Positions 31,103 through 45,369 of a DNA stretch of 64,000 bases are shown here, in pieces. The DNA lies in contig OZ037770.1 in NCBI GenBank assembly GCA_964035545.1, forward strand, positions 15,924,642 to 15,988,641, read 5' to 3'. Under the pieces are notes generated by a model. That model was not told the origin of the DNA and did no database searches. It saw nothing but the letters and a program-made list of their open reading frames with translations. The translations under genes and the position numbers were made by a program. Each line of letters starts with the position of its first letter. Position 1 is the first letter of the stretch. This DNA is from Bugula neritina (lineage: Eukaryota; Animalia; Bryozoa).

Positions 31103-33477
31103 ATGAAAGTGACTTTATGCTTGCTAATGTATGGTGCAATTTCCATGGCTGTCTCAGCTAGAATGAGCCAATCAACATCAATGTATTATGAAGCTGAAGG
31201 AAGTTTGCCTGTTGGTAGAACCCGAAGAGATGCAAGCAACTGCCCCTGTCCACAGCAATTAGCCAATCAGCAAAAGGAAGCCACACCTAGGCCACATAGA
31301 CACTCCAGTAAATCAGCCAGACTTTCAAGAAACAAGGCGGCAGCTACAAATCCTAGCCAATCAAACATAGCCACATCATTCTTAGAGAAAGACACACTGC
31401 CTCAACATAGTAAGTAGCATGGGTATACATTATCTACAGTACAGTACTTACACTCTACTTACACTATACTTACACTACATACACTTACACTATTACACTT
31501 ACACTACACACAGAACATGCATTTATGCAGCAACAGAACACCATACTTTGAATAATCAGCCATTGTTAGTTTTAATTGAAGTTCACTGAAAATATGGAAC
31601 AGAAAGCTAGATGACACCTTATAATTAAGAACTAACAGCCAACTGGGCACATTGCCCTGTGCATGTTAAAACTTGGCTGCTCCATTCACATATTTCTCAT
31701 AAATAAAAGTGTGCAAGTTTTTGGCAAATGAAATTTAAATTTCTAGCTAGCTGGACAGGTGCCCTGACTAGCTGGGCAGGTGTCCTGGCTACCTTCGCAG
31801 GTGCACTATAAATAAGCATGACAAGTGACACCTTTCAGAGCATTATATAAGCACAGGGGCTGAGCGTCTCACGCTTTCTGTTTCCTCCTTCTTTGTTGAG
31901 TGTCCTCAGATAACTGCTACAGTGTGTATATTACTACTATACAGTGTGTATATTACTACTATACAGTGTGTATATTACTGCTACAGTGTGTATATTACTA
32001 CTATACAGTGTGTATATTACTGCTGCAGTGTGTATATTACTACTACAGTGTGTATATTACTACTATACAGTGTGTATATTACTGCTACAGTGTGTATATT
32101 ACTACTATACAGTGTGTATATTACTGCTACAGTGTGTATATTACTGCTGCAGTGTGTATATTACTGCTACAGTGTGTATATTACTGTTACAGTGTGTATA
32201 TTACTACTACAGTGTGTATATTACTGTTACAGTGTGTATATTACTGCTAGCAGTGTGTATATTATTGTTACAGTGTGTATATTACTGTTACAGAGTGTAT
32301 ATTACTGTTACAGTGTGTATATTACTGCTACAGTGTGTATATTACTGCTACAGTGTGTATATTACTACTACAGAGTGTATATTACTGCTACAGTGTGTAT
32401 ATTACTGTTACAGTGTGTATATTATTGTTACAGTTTGCCCAGCTGGTCAGTGGGCCTGCCCTTTGACCAGGGAGGAAGATACAAATCTGACGCAATGCAT
32501 AGATATGTCTCAGGTGTGCGACCTTCACCCTGACTGTGATCACGGTGAAGATGAAGACCCCAAGGGGTGCGCCTTCCACAGTCTCGCTAAACAGGTAAGT
32601 AGACTGTATATACTATACTGTATATACTATACTGTATATACTATACTGTATATACTATACTGTATATACTATACTGTATATACTATACTGTATATACTAT
32701 ACTGTATATACTATACTGTATATTACTATACTGTGTATACTATACTGTGTATTACTATACTGTGTATACTATACTGTGTATTACTATACTGTGTATTACT
32801 ATACTGTGTATTACTATGCTGTGTATTACTATACTGTGTATTACTATACTGTATATACTATACTGTATATACTATACTGTATATTACTATACTGTGTATA
32901 CTATACTGTGTATTACTATACTGTGTATACTATACTGTGTATTACTATACTGTGTATACTATACTGTGTATTACTATACTGTGTATACTATACTGTGTAT
33001 ACTATACTGTATATACTATACTGTGTATTACTATACTGTGTATTACTATACTGTATATACTATACTGTGTATTACTATACTGTGTATTACTATATACTGT
33101 GTATTACTATACTGTGTATACTATACTGTGTATACTATACTGTGTATTACTATACTGTGTATTACTATACTGTGTATACTATACTGTGTATTACTATACT
33201 GTGTATTACTATACAGATGTTTCTACATAAAGAACCCAAAGTAACAGAACCAAAAAGAAAATATAAAAAAAGAAGTAAAAGTAAATCTGATAGGAAGAGT
33301 GACAGTAAAGAAATAAACAGTATACTGAGTGAGATAGAAGAGTTAAAGTCTCAGTTAGAGCAGCTCAAACATACCTACGAGTGTATCGTGTTTGAAATAG
33401 ACGACAAACTTCTGTCCAAACATTCAACTAACACTTGCGACACCCTGTTCCATAAATGTAGCTGCTCTTTGACATAG
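31103..33477 (+). CDS. Secreted single-LDLa-domain protein, Jelly belly/HEN-1-like, about 242 aa
   Basis: Exons 31103-31409, 32434-32594, 33217-33477, frame-consistent. Signal peptide MKVTLCLLMYGAISMAVSA, furin site RTRR, LDLa CPAGQWACP...CIDMSQVCDLHPDCDHGEDEDPKGCAF, then a basic and coiled-coil C-terminus. Confidence 0.8.
31915..32433 (+). repeat. 20/23-bp minisatellite whose units end in YAG; the last copy supplies the LDLa exon acceptor
   Basis: (TGTGTATATTACTGCTACAG)n ending in TTGTTACAG|TTTGCCC. Confidence 0.92.
32603..33216. repeat. AG-free TATAC/TGTG repeat filling intron 32595-33216
   Basis: (TATACTATACTGTG/TATTAC)n. Confidence 0.9.
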
Positions 33478-34149
33478 TATCCGGGTAGTACTTGTGTATA
33501 TCAGAGTAGTACTTGTGTATGTCAGAGTAATACTTGTGTATATATTGGTTGTATAATTTGTGCACACAGCTTGCCTATACTAGCATCAAATGCAAACCTC
33601 AGCTCTCAATTCTTAAAATATTTCCTCTTTAATTTTAACTTTTTCAAATTTACTTATAATATATGAATACTTATTTGTACTAGTCTTTACTAGTCACTGC
33701 CAGTTTTTAAAGGTTTTCATAAACACTTCATCACTGATAGTAACTGTCAGTTAGTACTCTGCTGATAGTAACTGTCACTTAGTACTCTACTGATAGTAAC
33801 TGTCAGTTAGTACTCTACTGATAGTAACTGTCAGTTAGTACTCTACTGCTATAAATGAATAGAACTAACTTGTTACTTCCTTTTTACTGTACAGCAATGT
33901 TTATTTTATTATGATTATTGTATTTATTATAACTCTGGTCCACTGACGGTGTTGGCTCTATCAACAGTGTTCTCCCAGGAAGGACTAACTTGTGTGCAGA
34001 CATTGGAAAAGCTCAATTATGTCTTTTAATTCTGTATTTTTCAAGAGACAGTTTTACAATGTTATATAGCTTGGTACTGTAAACTTTTTTTAGATACAAA
34101 ATATACGATGGGTGTCGTTCAATATGTTCCTCTTTATTTAGACAGCATG

Positions 34150-34625
34150 TGAGAGTTGCCCACTCATACCCTGTATTATTCCAGCTGACTATGAGAGTTG
34201 CCCACTCATACCCTGTATTATTCCAGCTGACTGTGAGAGTTGTCCACTCATACCCTGTATTATTCCAGCTGACTATGAGAGTTGCCCACTCATACCCTGT
34301 ATTATTCCAGCTGACTATGAGAGTTGTCCACTCATACCCTGTATTATTCCAGCTGACTGTGAGAGTTGTCCACTCATACCCTGTATTATTCCAGCTGACT
34401 ATGAGAGTTGTCCACTCATACCCTGTATTATTCCAGCTGACTGTAAGTGAGAGTTGTCCACTCATACCCTGTATTATTCCAGCTGGCTGTAAGTGAGAGT
34501 TGTCCACTCATACCATGGATTATTCCAGCTGACTGTAAGTGAGAGTTGTCCACTCATACCATGGATTATTCCAGCTGACTGTAAGTGAGAGTTGTCCACT
34601 CATACCATGTATTAATTGAGCTGAC
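34150..34625. repeat. 42-bp tandem repeat
   Basis: (TGAGAGTTGTCCACTCATACCCTGTATTATTCCAGCTGACTA)n; later units gain GTAAG. Confidence 0.93.
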
Positions 34626-35829
34626 ATTCAATTTCCAAGCTGCTGAGAAACTAATGTCTATAGAACAAATGCTGCAAGCTACAAACTTTGAAATTTGGAG
34701 ACAATCTAAATAATTAAACACTTGAAGTGCCTTAACCACTTATTGCTTCTTGTATTAGTTTGAAAATGATGAATAGCCAATGAGAGCAGAGGAATGTAGC
34801 TGATGTGTGACATACTATATAATTACATTTAAATGCTTGGCACAGACAGAACTGTTGACTTTGTGGTATTGTAGAGTTACACTTCACCACACAATCTATT
34901 CTCTATTGTTAAGAGATGTTTGTGTTTACTCAAGTGTCAATCTTATTGTTTGATAAGCATATATTCCAACACAAATAATCTGAGAAACTAAATACAATCA
35001 CAGATAAATATGGCTGTAGGGTAGGAGCCTAGTCTATGAGGAGATAGACCGTGTAACCTTGATATACACGTGCATAGGACAACTCCCATGTCTCAGTTAT
35101 GACGTGATTGGTTGAAGGAGTGTTTGCACATTTCATAAGTAAATACAGTGAGGGCTGCATATAGCTCATTCAGTTGGTGTTACTCTAAGAAGTGTTGCTG
35201 TACTAAGACCCTGTGCTATGGTTTTGTGTTGTTTAAAGCAGCACTTTATAGCCTAGTGCTGATAGCTAAACACAAGTGACAATTCAAAAAGTTGGAGCTT
35301 TTTTGTTAGATATTTCTGTCTTTTGGGGTGAGTTTTAGCTTTATAATATATTCTTCTACTGAGAATAATATACTTATTGTAATACAATATGATAGTATAT
35401 TATGCTGATAATATATTACTTCCACAAGCACTCATAGGGTGGTGGTGTGTTTGTATACTGTATAACCTTTCAGTCTCATATTTAGCTGGTAGACCCCCAC
35501 CTGACACTATTGTCATCTTCTATTGTCAAAGTGACAATACTTTATTCACCCATTTGAAAGCAAAATTAGGAAAAGTTACATCTAGTAGTTTAATTGACAA
35601 GCAATGCAAAGGTTTAGCCCTAAATACTTCAGTAGTCGGAGCAGAAGTTCTTTCATAGAACAGAATGTGTTGGGATGAGTAAACTGAATGGACTTACATA
35701 AGCATAGTGAACAGCTATTAGGTCACTGAGCAACTTGTAATTCTTGATAATAATCAGTTCATAATATATACTAAGTTGACAACATGTCTAGCAACATGTA
35801 ACATTAGTTGTTACACTGTTGATACACAT

Positions 35830-37122
35830 GTATATCGTATATTCTACATATTCAATATCGTATATTCTACATACTTTTTATCGTATATTCTACATACTTT
35901 ATATTGTATATTCTACATACTTTATATCGTGTATTCTACATATTCAATATCGTATATTCTACATACTCTATATCGTATATTCTACATATTCAATATCGTA
36001 TATTCTACATACTTTATATCGTGTATTCTACATATTCAATATCGTATATTCTACATACTCTATATCGTATATTCTACATATTCAATATCGTATATTCTAC
36101 ATACTTTATATCGTATATTCTACATACTTTATATTGTATATTCTACATACTTTATATTGTATATTCTACATACTCTATATCGTATATTTTACATTCTCTA
36201 TATCGTATATTCTACATACTCGATATCGTTTATTCTACATATTCAATATCGTATATTCTACATATTCAATATCGTATATTCTACATACTTTATATTGTAT
36301 ATTCTACATACTCTATATCATATATTCTACATACTCTATATCGTATATTCTACATACTCTATATCATATATTCTATATTCTATATCGTATATTCTATATT
36401 CTACAGTTTGTAGTCAGAAATTCAAATAACCAGACAGAAGCTTCTATAAAAGATACTCTATCAGCAAACTTATCCTAACACTTGTCAACACTTGTCAACA
36501 CTTGTCAACACTTGTAAACACTTGTCAACACTTGTCAACACTTGTCAACACTTGTCAACACTTGTCAACACTACATCTTCGGATAACCGTTACTTTCACT
36601 AATTTTCATGTAAGTAAGTTTTGTTAAACTTTCAGTAGCAGGTGTGTTGGTTATGCTGTGAGTATGTGAAGGAAGTATGCAGCGTAGTCAGTATGTAGAG
36701 TGTAGAACATAGGAAGTGTAGAATATATGAAGTGTAGAACATATAAAGTGTAGAATATATGAAGTGTAGAACATATAAAGTGTAGAACATAGGAAGTGTA
36801 GAATATAGGAAGTGTAGAATATATAAAGTGTAAAATATATGAAGTGTAGAGCATATGAAGTGTAGAACATAGGAAGTGTAGAATATATAAAGTGTAGAAT
36901 ATATGAAGTGTAGAATATATGAAGTGTAGAACATATAAAGTGTAGAATATATGAAGTGTAGAACATATAAAGTGTAGAACATAGGAAGTGTAGAATATAT
37001 AAAGTGTAGAACATATAAAGTGTAGAATATATAAATTGTAGAACATATAAAGTGTAGAACATATGAAGTGTAGAACATATAAAGTGTAGAATATATGAAG
37101 TGTAGAACATATAAAGTGTAGA
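35830..37122. repeat. 23-bp, 10-bp and 16-bp minisatellites
   Basis: (TATCGTATATTCTACATACTTTA)n 35830-36405, (CTTGTCAACA)n 36477-36570, (AAGTGTAGAACATATR)n 36698-37122. Confidence 0.9.
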
Positions 37123-38287
37123 ATGTACTAAATTATTCATTGACTGGAATGCTAATTGAAATTGTCTTGAAATGCTAAGGTCACTAAACTCATGATAAGG
37201 TCAAGATATATAATTTGTTGAATCTGTAAATTGCCTACAAACTCCCTTTTACATGCAATCAACAGGATGTCTTCATTTATAATAATCATTGCCAGACGCA
37301 GTAAATCATTAAATGATAACTTTTTCCAGGCAAGTCCAGTCTGGTTTGGTCTTACTTGGTCTGGTAGGCTTGCTATAATATTATCAAGTATTATATTATC
37401 AAGTACTATATTATATTATCAAGTATTATATTATATTATCAAGTACTATATTATTAAGTACTATGTTATATTATCAAGTATTATATTATCAAGTATTATA
37501 TTATCAAGTATTATATTATAACATGTAGTATATGATACAGTAAAGATCCTAAAAGCTGTTAATTTAGACTCAGTCTAATCCTTGATATGAAAGTGTAGAC
37601 ATAAAAGATTACACAAACTCTGACAAACAGTTTTGAGCTGCTCATGAAATATAAACATGCTTAAACTGTGTACATGTTTGGAGACTACCGTGAGCTCTAG
37701 AGCTAGTTAACTAGAGACTGCAATGAGCTCTAGAGACACTTTGTTGTGGTCTCCAGTGTTTGCCTACTTGAAGTACATCATTCAAGTCGGTAACTTGAGT
37801 GGATCTTTAAGTGGCTGTTTGCTGTTGACCACAATGCAACTTAATGTCACTTTTATTTTACATTTTAAATAGTTTTTAGTTTTTATAGTTTCAAATTTTG
37901 CTCCACCCTTTCGGTTTACTCTTAATTAGAACTTGTGTAGTAGTAGTGTCAAGTGAACTGTTTTGTTGGCATCTGTTCAAGTATTGATCTGGTATAATCA
38001 TCATAGTCTGCCTGCGGAATGGAAACCAGGAATAGTTTTGTGCTCTCTTTGATAGACTAAGAACAAAATATGCTCTGTCTGATATCACTGGAAGATCATT
38101 GCTTTGACAATTTAGACTTGCAGTTGAGTAAAATATGAGCTACTCAAGCTGCAGTGTTTACAAGTACACAGTACAAAGTGGACATGGGTGTAATGTGATG
38201 CCAAGGATAAATTCTTAAGCCTTTAAGTGTTTTATTAAGTAGTTGAGAAAAGAAATTATACACTCTGTACTGAGGAATTGGCTGGGG

Positions 38288-38893
38288 TATACTGTATACG
38301 CTGTGTGCTACATGCAGTATATAATATATAGTATATTATATACTGTATACGCTGTGTGCTACATGCAGTATATAATATATAGTATATTATATACTGTATA
38401 CACTGTGTGCTACATGCAGTATATAATATATAGTATATTATATACTGTATACACTGTGTGCTACATGCAGTATATAATATATAGTATATTATATACTGTA
38501 TACACTGTGTGCTACATGCAGTATATAATATATAGTATATTATATACAGTATAATATATACAGTATATTATATATAGTATATTATATACTATATACGCTG
38601 TGTGCTACATGCAGTATATATACAGTATATTATATACTGTATAATATATGCAGTATATATTATATACTGTATATATTATACAGTATATATTATATACTGT
38701 ATAATATATACAGTATATATTATATACTGTATATATTATACAGTATATAATATACTGTATAATATATACAGTATATAATATATACTGCATATATTATACA
38801 GTATATAATATATACTGTATAATATATACAGTATATAATATATACTGTATATATTATACAGTATATATTATATACTGTATAATATATACAGTA
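38288..38893. repeat. 54-bp repeat followed by a palindromic TATACAG/CTGTATA array
   Basis: Direct inspection; lies just upstream of the LRR first coding exon. Confidence 0.88.
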
Positions 38894-38934
38894 TGCTACA
38901 TATACTGAACATATTTCAGCTAGAAAACCACAAC

Positions 38935-41900
38935 ATGGCTGCTCTGCTACTCCGCCTTCTCTTCTCTGCTCTGTGCATGCTGTCGGCTGCCACATACATT
39001 CCTTCTGGCCGAGTGACTCGCTGCAGTAGAGTGTGCCCTTGCTACTACCAGAGTCTCTTCTGTCGGGACTACAGCCTGTCCACCCTTCCCGCAGATCTCG
39101 CTCAGGATGTTCAGAACATTGACTTTCAGGTTGCAGAATTTTACAAAGTAGCTACTTTACACTCAGAACACAGTTTATAACAGACATTGAGTAGGGAAGG
39201 TGATGTGATTGGTTGTAATGCTATGTTACCTTTGTGCTGATAGGATAACAACCTGAGAGAGTTGACCAATGAGACGCTGTTTCCTTTTACCCGACTAAGG
39301 AAGCTGTTGCTAGGGAACAACAACATTTCCCGTATTTCTAGGCAGGCGTTCAGTCAGCAGGGAATGCTGAATGCCTTAGACCTCAGCAGTAACAGATTGT
39401 CCGAGGTAGGGTGATGTGTGGACCCAGCCTAACATATATCATATTATACTGTATTATATTACACTGTACTATATTATACTGTATTATATTATACTGTATT
39501 ATATTATACTGTACTATATTATACTGTATTATATTATACTGTACTATATTATACTGTATCATATTATACTGTACTATATTATACTGTATTATATTATACT
39601 GTACTATATTATACTGTACTATATTATACTGTACTATATTATACTGTACTATATTATACTGTACTATATTATACTGTATTATATTATACTGTACTATATT
39701 ATACTGTACTATATTATACTGTACTATATTATACTGTACTATATTATACTGTACTATATTATACTGTACTATATTATACTGTACTATATCATACTGTACT
39801 ATATCATACTGTATTATATTATACTGTATTATATTATACTGTACTATATTATACTGTACTATATTATGCTGTACTATATTATACTGTACTATATTATACT
39901 GTATTATATTATACTGTACTATATTATACTGTACTATATTATACTGTACTATATCATACTGTATTATACTATACTGTACTATATTATACTGTATTATATT
40001 ATACTATACTATATTATACTGTACTATATTATACTGTACTATATTATACTATACTATATTATACTGTACTATATTATACTGTACTATATTATACTGTACT
40101 ATATTATACTGTATTATATTATACTGTACTATATTATACTGTACTATATTATGCTGTATTATATTATACTGTATTATATTATACTGTACTATATTATACT
40201 ATACTATATTATACTATACTATATTATACTGTACTATATTATACTGTACTATATTATACTATACTATATTATACTGTGGTAGAGATAAGGTGGTAGAGGT
40301 AAGGTGGTAGAGGTAAGGTGGTAGAGGTAGGGTGGTAGAGGTAGGGTGGTAGAGGTAGGGTGGTAGAGGTAGGGTGGTAGAGGTAGGGTGGTAGAGGTAA
40401 GGTGGTAGAGGTAAGGTGGTAGAGGTAAGGTGGTAGAGGTAAGGTGGTAGAGGTAGGGTGGTAGAGGTAAGGTGGTAGAGGTAAGGTGGTAGAGGTAAGG
40501 TGGTAGAGGTAGGGTGGTAGAGGTAGGGTGGTAGAGGTAAGGTGGTAGAGGTAAGGTGGTAGAGGTAAGGTGGTAAAGGTAGGGTGGTAGAGGTAGGGTG
40601 GTAGAGGTAGGGTGGTAGAGGTAGGGTGGTAGAGGTAAGGTGGTAGAGGTAGGGTGGTAGAGGTAGGGTGGTAGAAGTAGGGTGGTAGAGGTAAGGTGGT
40701 AGAGGTAAGGTGGTAGAAGTAGGGTGGTAGAGGTAGGGTGGTAGAGGTAAGGTGGTAGAGGTAAGGTGGTAGAGGTAGGGTGGTAGAGGTAAGGTGGTAG
40801 AGGTAGGGTGCAGATGAGTTATTAGAGCATTGAAGAGGTGTGGGATGGTAGGAAGAGAAACTTTACTCATTACTATATAAAGTTCACATTTGAATCCTGC
40901 CATCTGCTAAATCAATTCATCCTGTTGATATATTGATTAATTGAATAATTTGATTAGCAATGTTATTGAGTTATTGAGACTATCTAAATAACAGAATAAG
41001 TAGAAGTTGTTTCTGCCACAGATCACTGGAGAAGTGTTTGATCCAATCAGAAAGAAGTTGGAACACTTGACCTTGCAGGACAATGACCTCTACAGAGTTG
41101 AAGGGCTGTTTGAGAAAATGAGGGTACTCAAAACCCTGAATCTTAAAGACAACAATGTGTGGGTGAGTAATAGTTACTGACTCATAGTAATAGTTACAGA
41201 CTCATAGTAATAGTTACCTATTCATAGTACTAGTCATTAACTTATAGTAATAGTTACTAATCCATAGTACTAGTTACTAACACATAGTAATATCTATTAT
41301 AACGACCTTGAACTTATTTGCAGGATGTTAGTGCTGAAACTTTCTTCCAGAACAGGAAGTTGCGATATCTCCAACTAGCCAATAATAAGATAAAGAGGAT
41401 TTCCCCTGACTCTTTTAAGAGACAGGTAATGTTTTGCTATAAACATGGTTTATCTGTTATCTGATACAGAGACACCTGAGTGTAACGTGCTAGTATTTGC
41501 TATGAGATAAGAAAAGCTGGTGGGAGGCGAGTGTTTATGTTGATTCACCTGTCAGGTGCTACAAACTTAGCTTGTGTTCTCTCTCACCAGGTGGACCTCC
41601 AGTACCTCTTCCTCGATTCCAACCAGTTTGTGAATCTAACAGAACTTAGGCTGACCAGTAAGAAGCTGCAGAGTTTGAGTCTGTCTAATTGTAGTCTGAG
41701 AGTGATTCCTAAAGGCATAGCTCGGGCTCTACGACAACTCAATATGGCAGGTGGGCGGCGCTGTTGGCTCTCCAACTCTACATGCCTTTAGTAACTTCAC
41801 TGCTTGTCATCTCAGAGTAAAGAGAGGCCTTTTATTGGTTAAGTAACAGATGTTAAAATTTGTTTGTAGAAAACCAACTCGAAGCGCTTGACATTGAGGA

Positions 41901-44900
41901 TTTGTCTACTCTACGAAACCTTGGTAGTCTTGATCTCTCTCGCAACCTTCTTAGTGAAATAGGACATCGGACATTTAGACATCTTAGCAAACTAAAGGTG
42001 TGTAAAAACATATTCAAACTATTATGTATCCAAATGATAATCTAACTTAATATAGCAAAATATAATATTGTTAAAAATAATACATAGTATAACAAAATAT
42101 ATAAAAATGTCAAATATAGTATAATGCAAATAACTATGTATAACTATGTTATGCTATGTTGTGCCTTTGCTACAGTGAGTATTGTGTTGCAGTGTAGAGT
42201 AGTGTATTGTAGTGTAGAGTAGTGTAGAGTAGTGTAGAGTAGCGTAGAGTAATGTAGAGTAGAGAGTAGAGTAGTGTAGAGTAGCGTAGAGTAGTGTAGA
42301 GTAGCGTGTTGTAGTGTCAGGCTGAGATTTTGTATACTATGTATACATTTCCAATCTTAGCTTTTTAAGAATTTAATATACTTGATGTTTTAAATGCAGT
42401 TTGCTAACGCAGAGTGCTAACACATATATTAACACAGTGTGGACACATCTAGGTCTTATACTTGGGAGGTAATAAACTAAGAGAAGTTCCGAAAAAGCTG
42501 CCCCAGAATCTTGAGCAACTGCAACTTGACCATAACTTGATCTCTCATGTTTCAAAAGACGTCTTCAGTAAAGTTCCACGGCTCTCTAGACTTACCTTGA
42601 ACAACAATATGATAGGTGAGTGGGTTAGAGATCAATGTGATATGTTACAGAGTAAGTTAGAGATCAGTGTGATATGTTACAGAGTAAGTTAGAGATCAGT
42701 GTGATATGTTACAGAGTAAGTTAGAGATCAGTGTGATATATTACAGAGTAAGTTAGAGATCAGTGTGATATGTTACAGAGTAAGTTAGAGATCATAGTGA
42801 TGTGTTACAGAGTAAGTTAGAGATCAGTGTGATATGTTACGGGGTAAGTTAGAGATCAGTGTGATATGTTACAGAGTAAGTTAGAGATCAGAGTGATATG
42901 TTACAGAGTAAGTTAGAGATCAGTGTGATATGTTACAGAGTAAGTTAGAGATCAGTGTGATATGTTACAGAGTAAGTTAGAGATCAATATGGTATGTTAC
43001 AGAGTAAGTTAGAGATCAATATGGTATGTTACAGAGTAAGTTAGAGATCAGTGTGATATGTTACAGAGTAAGTTAGAGATCAATATGGTATGTTACAGAG
43101 TAAGTTAGATATCAGTGGGATATGTTACAGAGTAAGTTAGGTATCAGTGTAATATGTTACAGAGTAAGTTAGAGATCAATATGGTATGTTACAGAGTAAG
43201 TTAGAGATCAATATGGTATGTTACAGAGTAAGTTAGAGATCAATATGATATGTTACAGAGTAAGTTAGAGATCAGTGTGATATGTTACAGAGTAAGTTAG
43301 AGATCAGTGTGATATGTTACGGAGTAAGTTAGAGATCAATATGATATGTTACAGAGTGAGTTAGAGATCAGTGTGATATGTTACAGAGTGAGTTAGATAT
43401 CAGTGTGATATGTTACAGAGTAAGTTAGAGATCAGTGTAATATGTTACGGAGTAAGTTAGAGATCAATATGATATGTTACAGAGTGAGTTAGAGATCAGT
43501 GTGATATGTTACAGAGTAAGTTAGAGATCAATATGGTATGTTACAGAGTAAGTTAGAGATCAGTGTGATATGTTACAGAGTAAGTTAGAGATCAGTGTGA
43601 TATGTTACAGAGTAAGTTAGAGATCAGTGTGATATGTTACGGAGTAAGTTAGAGATCAATATGATATGTTACAGAGTGAGTTAGAGATCAGTGTGATATG
43701 TTACAGAGTGAGTTAGATATCAGTGTGATATGTTACAGAGTAAGTTAGAGATCAGTGTAATATGTTACGGAGTAAGTTAGAGATCAATATGATATGTTAC
43801 AGAGTGAGTTAGAGATCAGTGTGATATGTTACAGAATACGTACACAAGAAGGCATTGAGTAATCTCGCAGAGTTGAAAGTTCTGGATATGAGTTCTAACT
43901 TGATATCTAGACTCAGCTCTGACATGTTTGAGGACTTAGCAAGGCTAGTGGAGTTAGATGTGTCAAACAATCCAATAATAGCCATAGAATCTGGAGCTAT
44001 GGATGGGTTGTGGAGCTTAGATAGCCTAAGAATGGGTAAATTTTAAAACTCAGACTATTGCTATAAAATACTCAGACTATAATTATACTCAAACTATATA
44101 CTCAGACTATATACTTATTCAGATAATTTGGGTCACAACATAGCCTCTGGCGCTAGACTGAAAGGGGCGGTACTACCAGACAGCCCACGTCTCAGGATCC
44201 TCAGTCTATCCAATTCCCATGCTCTTACCAAGTCTATTCTGATGTCAGACCTGACCATGTATCACCTCAGATCGGTAGAGTATCTCAATCTCATGAAGAA
44301 TAACTTGAGGGAGCTGCCAGCCACCTTCCCGCAGTTTCTTCCTAATCTACAACGAATCCAGCTTTCCAATAACCCGTGGACATGCAGCAGGTGGGTTCAG
44401 ATTGAGTGAATTTTAGCTGACAGGAAGTAGTTGCTGCATAAACACTTCCTGTCTTGTATCTTATTATATCTGTGAGCATACAATTTACTTGCAGTAATTG
44501 ACAGTTATGTGGGTGTATGAAAACGTTTTGTCACTCCAAGTCAAATAGTTTGCTGTGACAGAGTAGATATGACAGAGTAGATGTGACAGAGTAGGTGTGA
44601 CAGAGTAGATGTGACAGAGGAGGTGTGACAGAGGAGGTGTGACAGAGGAGATGTGACAAAGGAGGTGTGACAGAGGAAATGTGACAGAGGAGGTGTGACA
44701 GAGTAGGTGTGACAGAGGAGATGTGGCAGAGGAGATACTACAGAGGAGATGTGACAGAGAAGATGTGACAGAGTAGATGTGACAGAGTAGAGGTGTTGGC
44801 TGGTTTCAATACGGAGTGTGTTGTTGCTATTGCAGGGACTTGTATTGGCTGAGAGTGTGGCTACTGAGTGGTATTATAGAGTCGCCTGACCTCTCCCACA

Positions 44901-44986
44901 TATATTGTGATCAGCCTTCACACCTGCAAGAGAGACAACTCATCGACCTTGACACTTATGACTGGGTCAGCTCGGATGGACGCTGA
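38935..44986 (+). CDS. Secreted leucine-rich repeat protein (signal peptide, LRRNT, many LRRs, LRRCT, no TM), about 556 aa
   Basis: Exons 38935-39129, 39244-39405, 41022-41162, 41324-41425, 41591-41750, 41870-41997, 42453-42615, 43835-44035, 44123-44390, 44836-44986. Motifs: MAALLLRLLFSALCMLSAA, CSRVCPC LRRNT, LxxLxLxxNxL repeats, NNPWTCSRDLYWLRVWL...CDQP LRRCT. Confidence 0.9.
39437..40810. repeat. 15-bp AT-rich array abutting a 15-bp G-rich array in LRR intron 2
   Basis: (TATATTATACTGTAC)n to 40277, then (GGTGGTAGAGGTARG)-type units to 40810. Confidence 0.95.
42620..43834 (+). repeat. 32-bp minisatellite (about 38 copies) forming the whole LRR intron 42616-43834
   Basis: (A GTAAGTTAGAGATCAGTGTGATATGTTACAG)n. 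Confidence 0.96.
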
Positions 44987-45369
44987 CTGAGTTATTCTAC
45001 TAGTTTTGTACACAATTAGTCATATTCCCTATTTTCATAGCTAGAAGCATTGTACAAGAGTTAGTTTTATATTATTCTTCGGTTTAAAATTAGCATATTA
45101 GCATAGCTTCACATATATTTTATTATGCAACAGTTTATAGAAATTATTAGCAGCTTCCGTTTTCTTCTCTTAAATCTCTAAAAAAATGAGCACTTAAATT
45201 ATTTTGTAAAAAGGAAATGTATGAAATAGAATTTATTATCATATCATAGTTTTCCATCAGTTATTGCTAGAAATACTAAAGAAATAAAACTGGAGGAGTG
45301 ACTACTCGGTATTTTCAAAGTATTCATATGAACTTCCTTTTCTTCAAGCAGAAGTCTGCCGAGAGTTGA

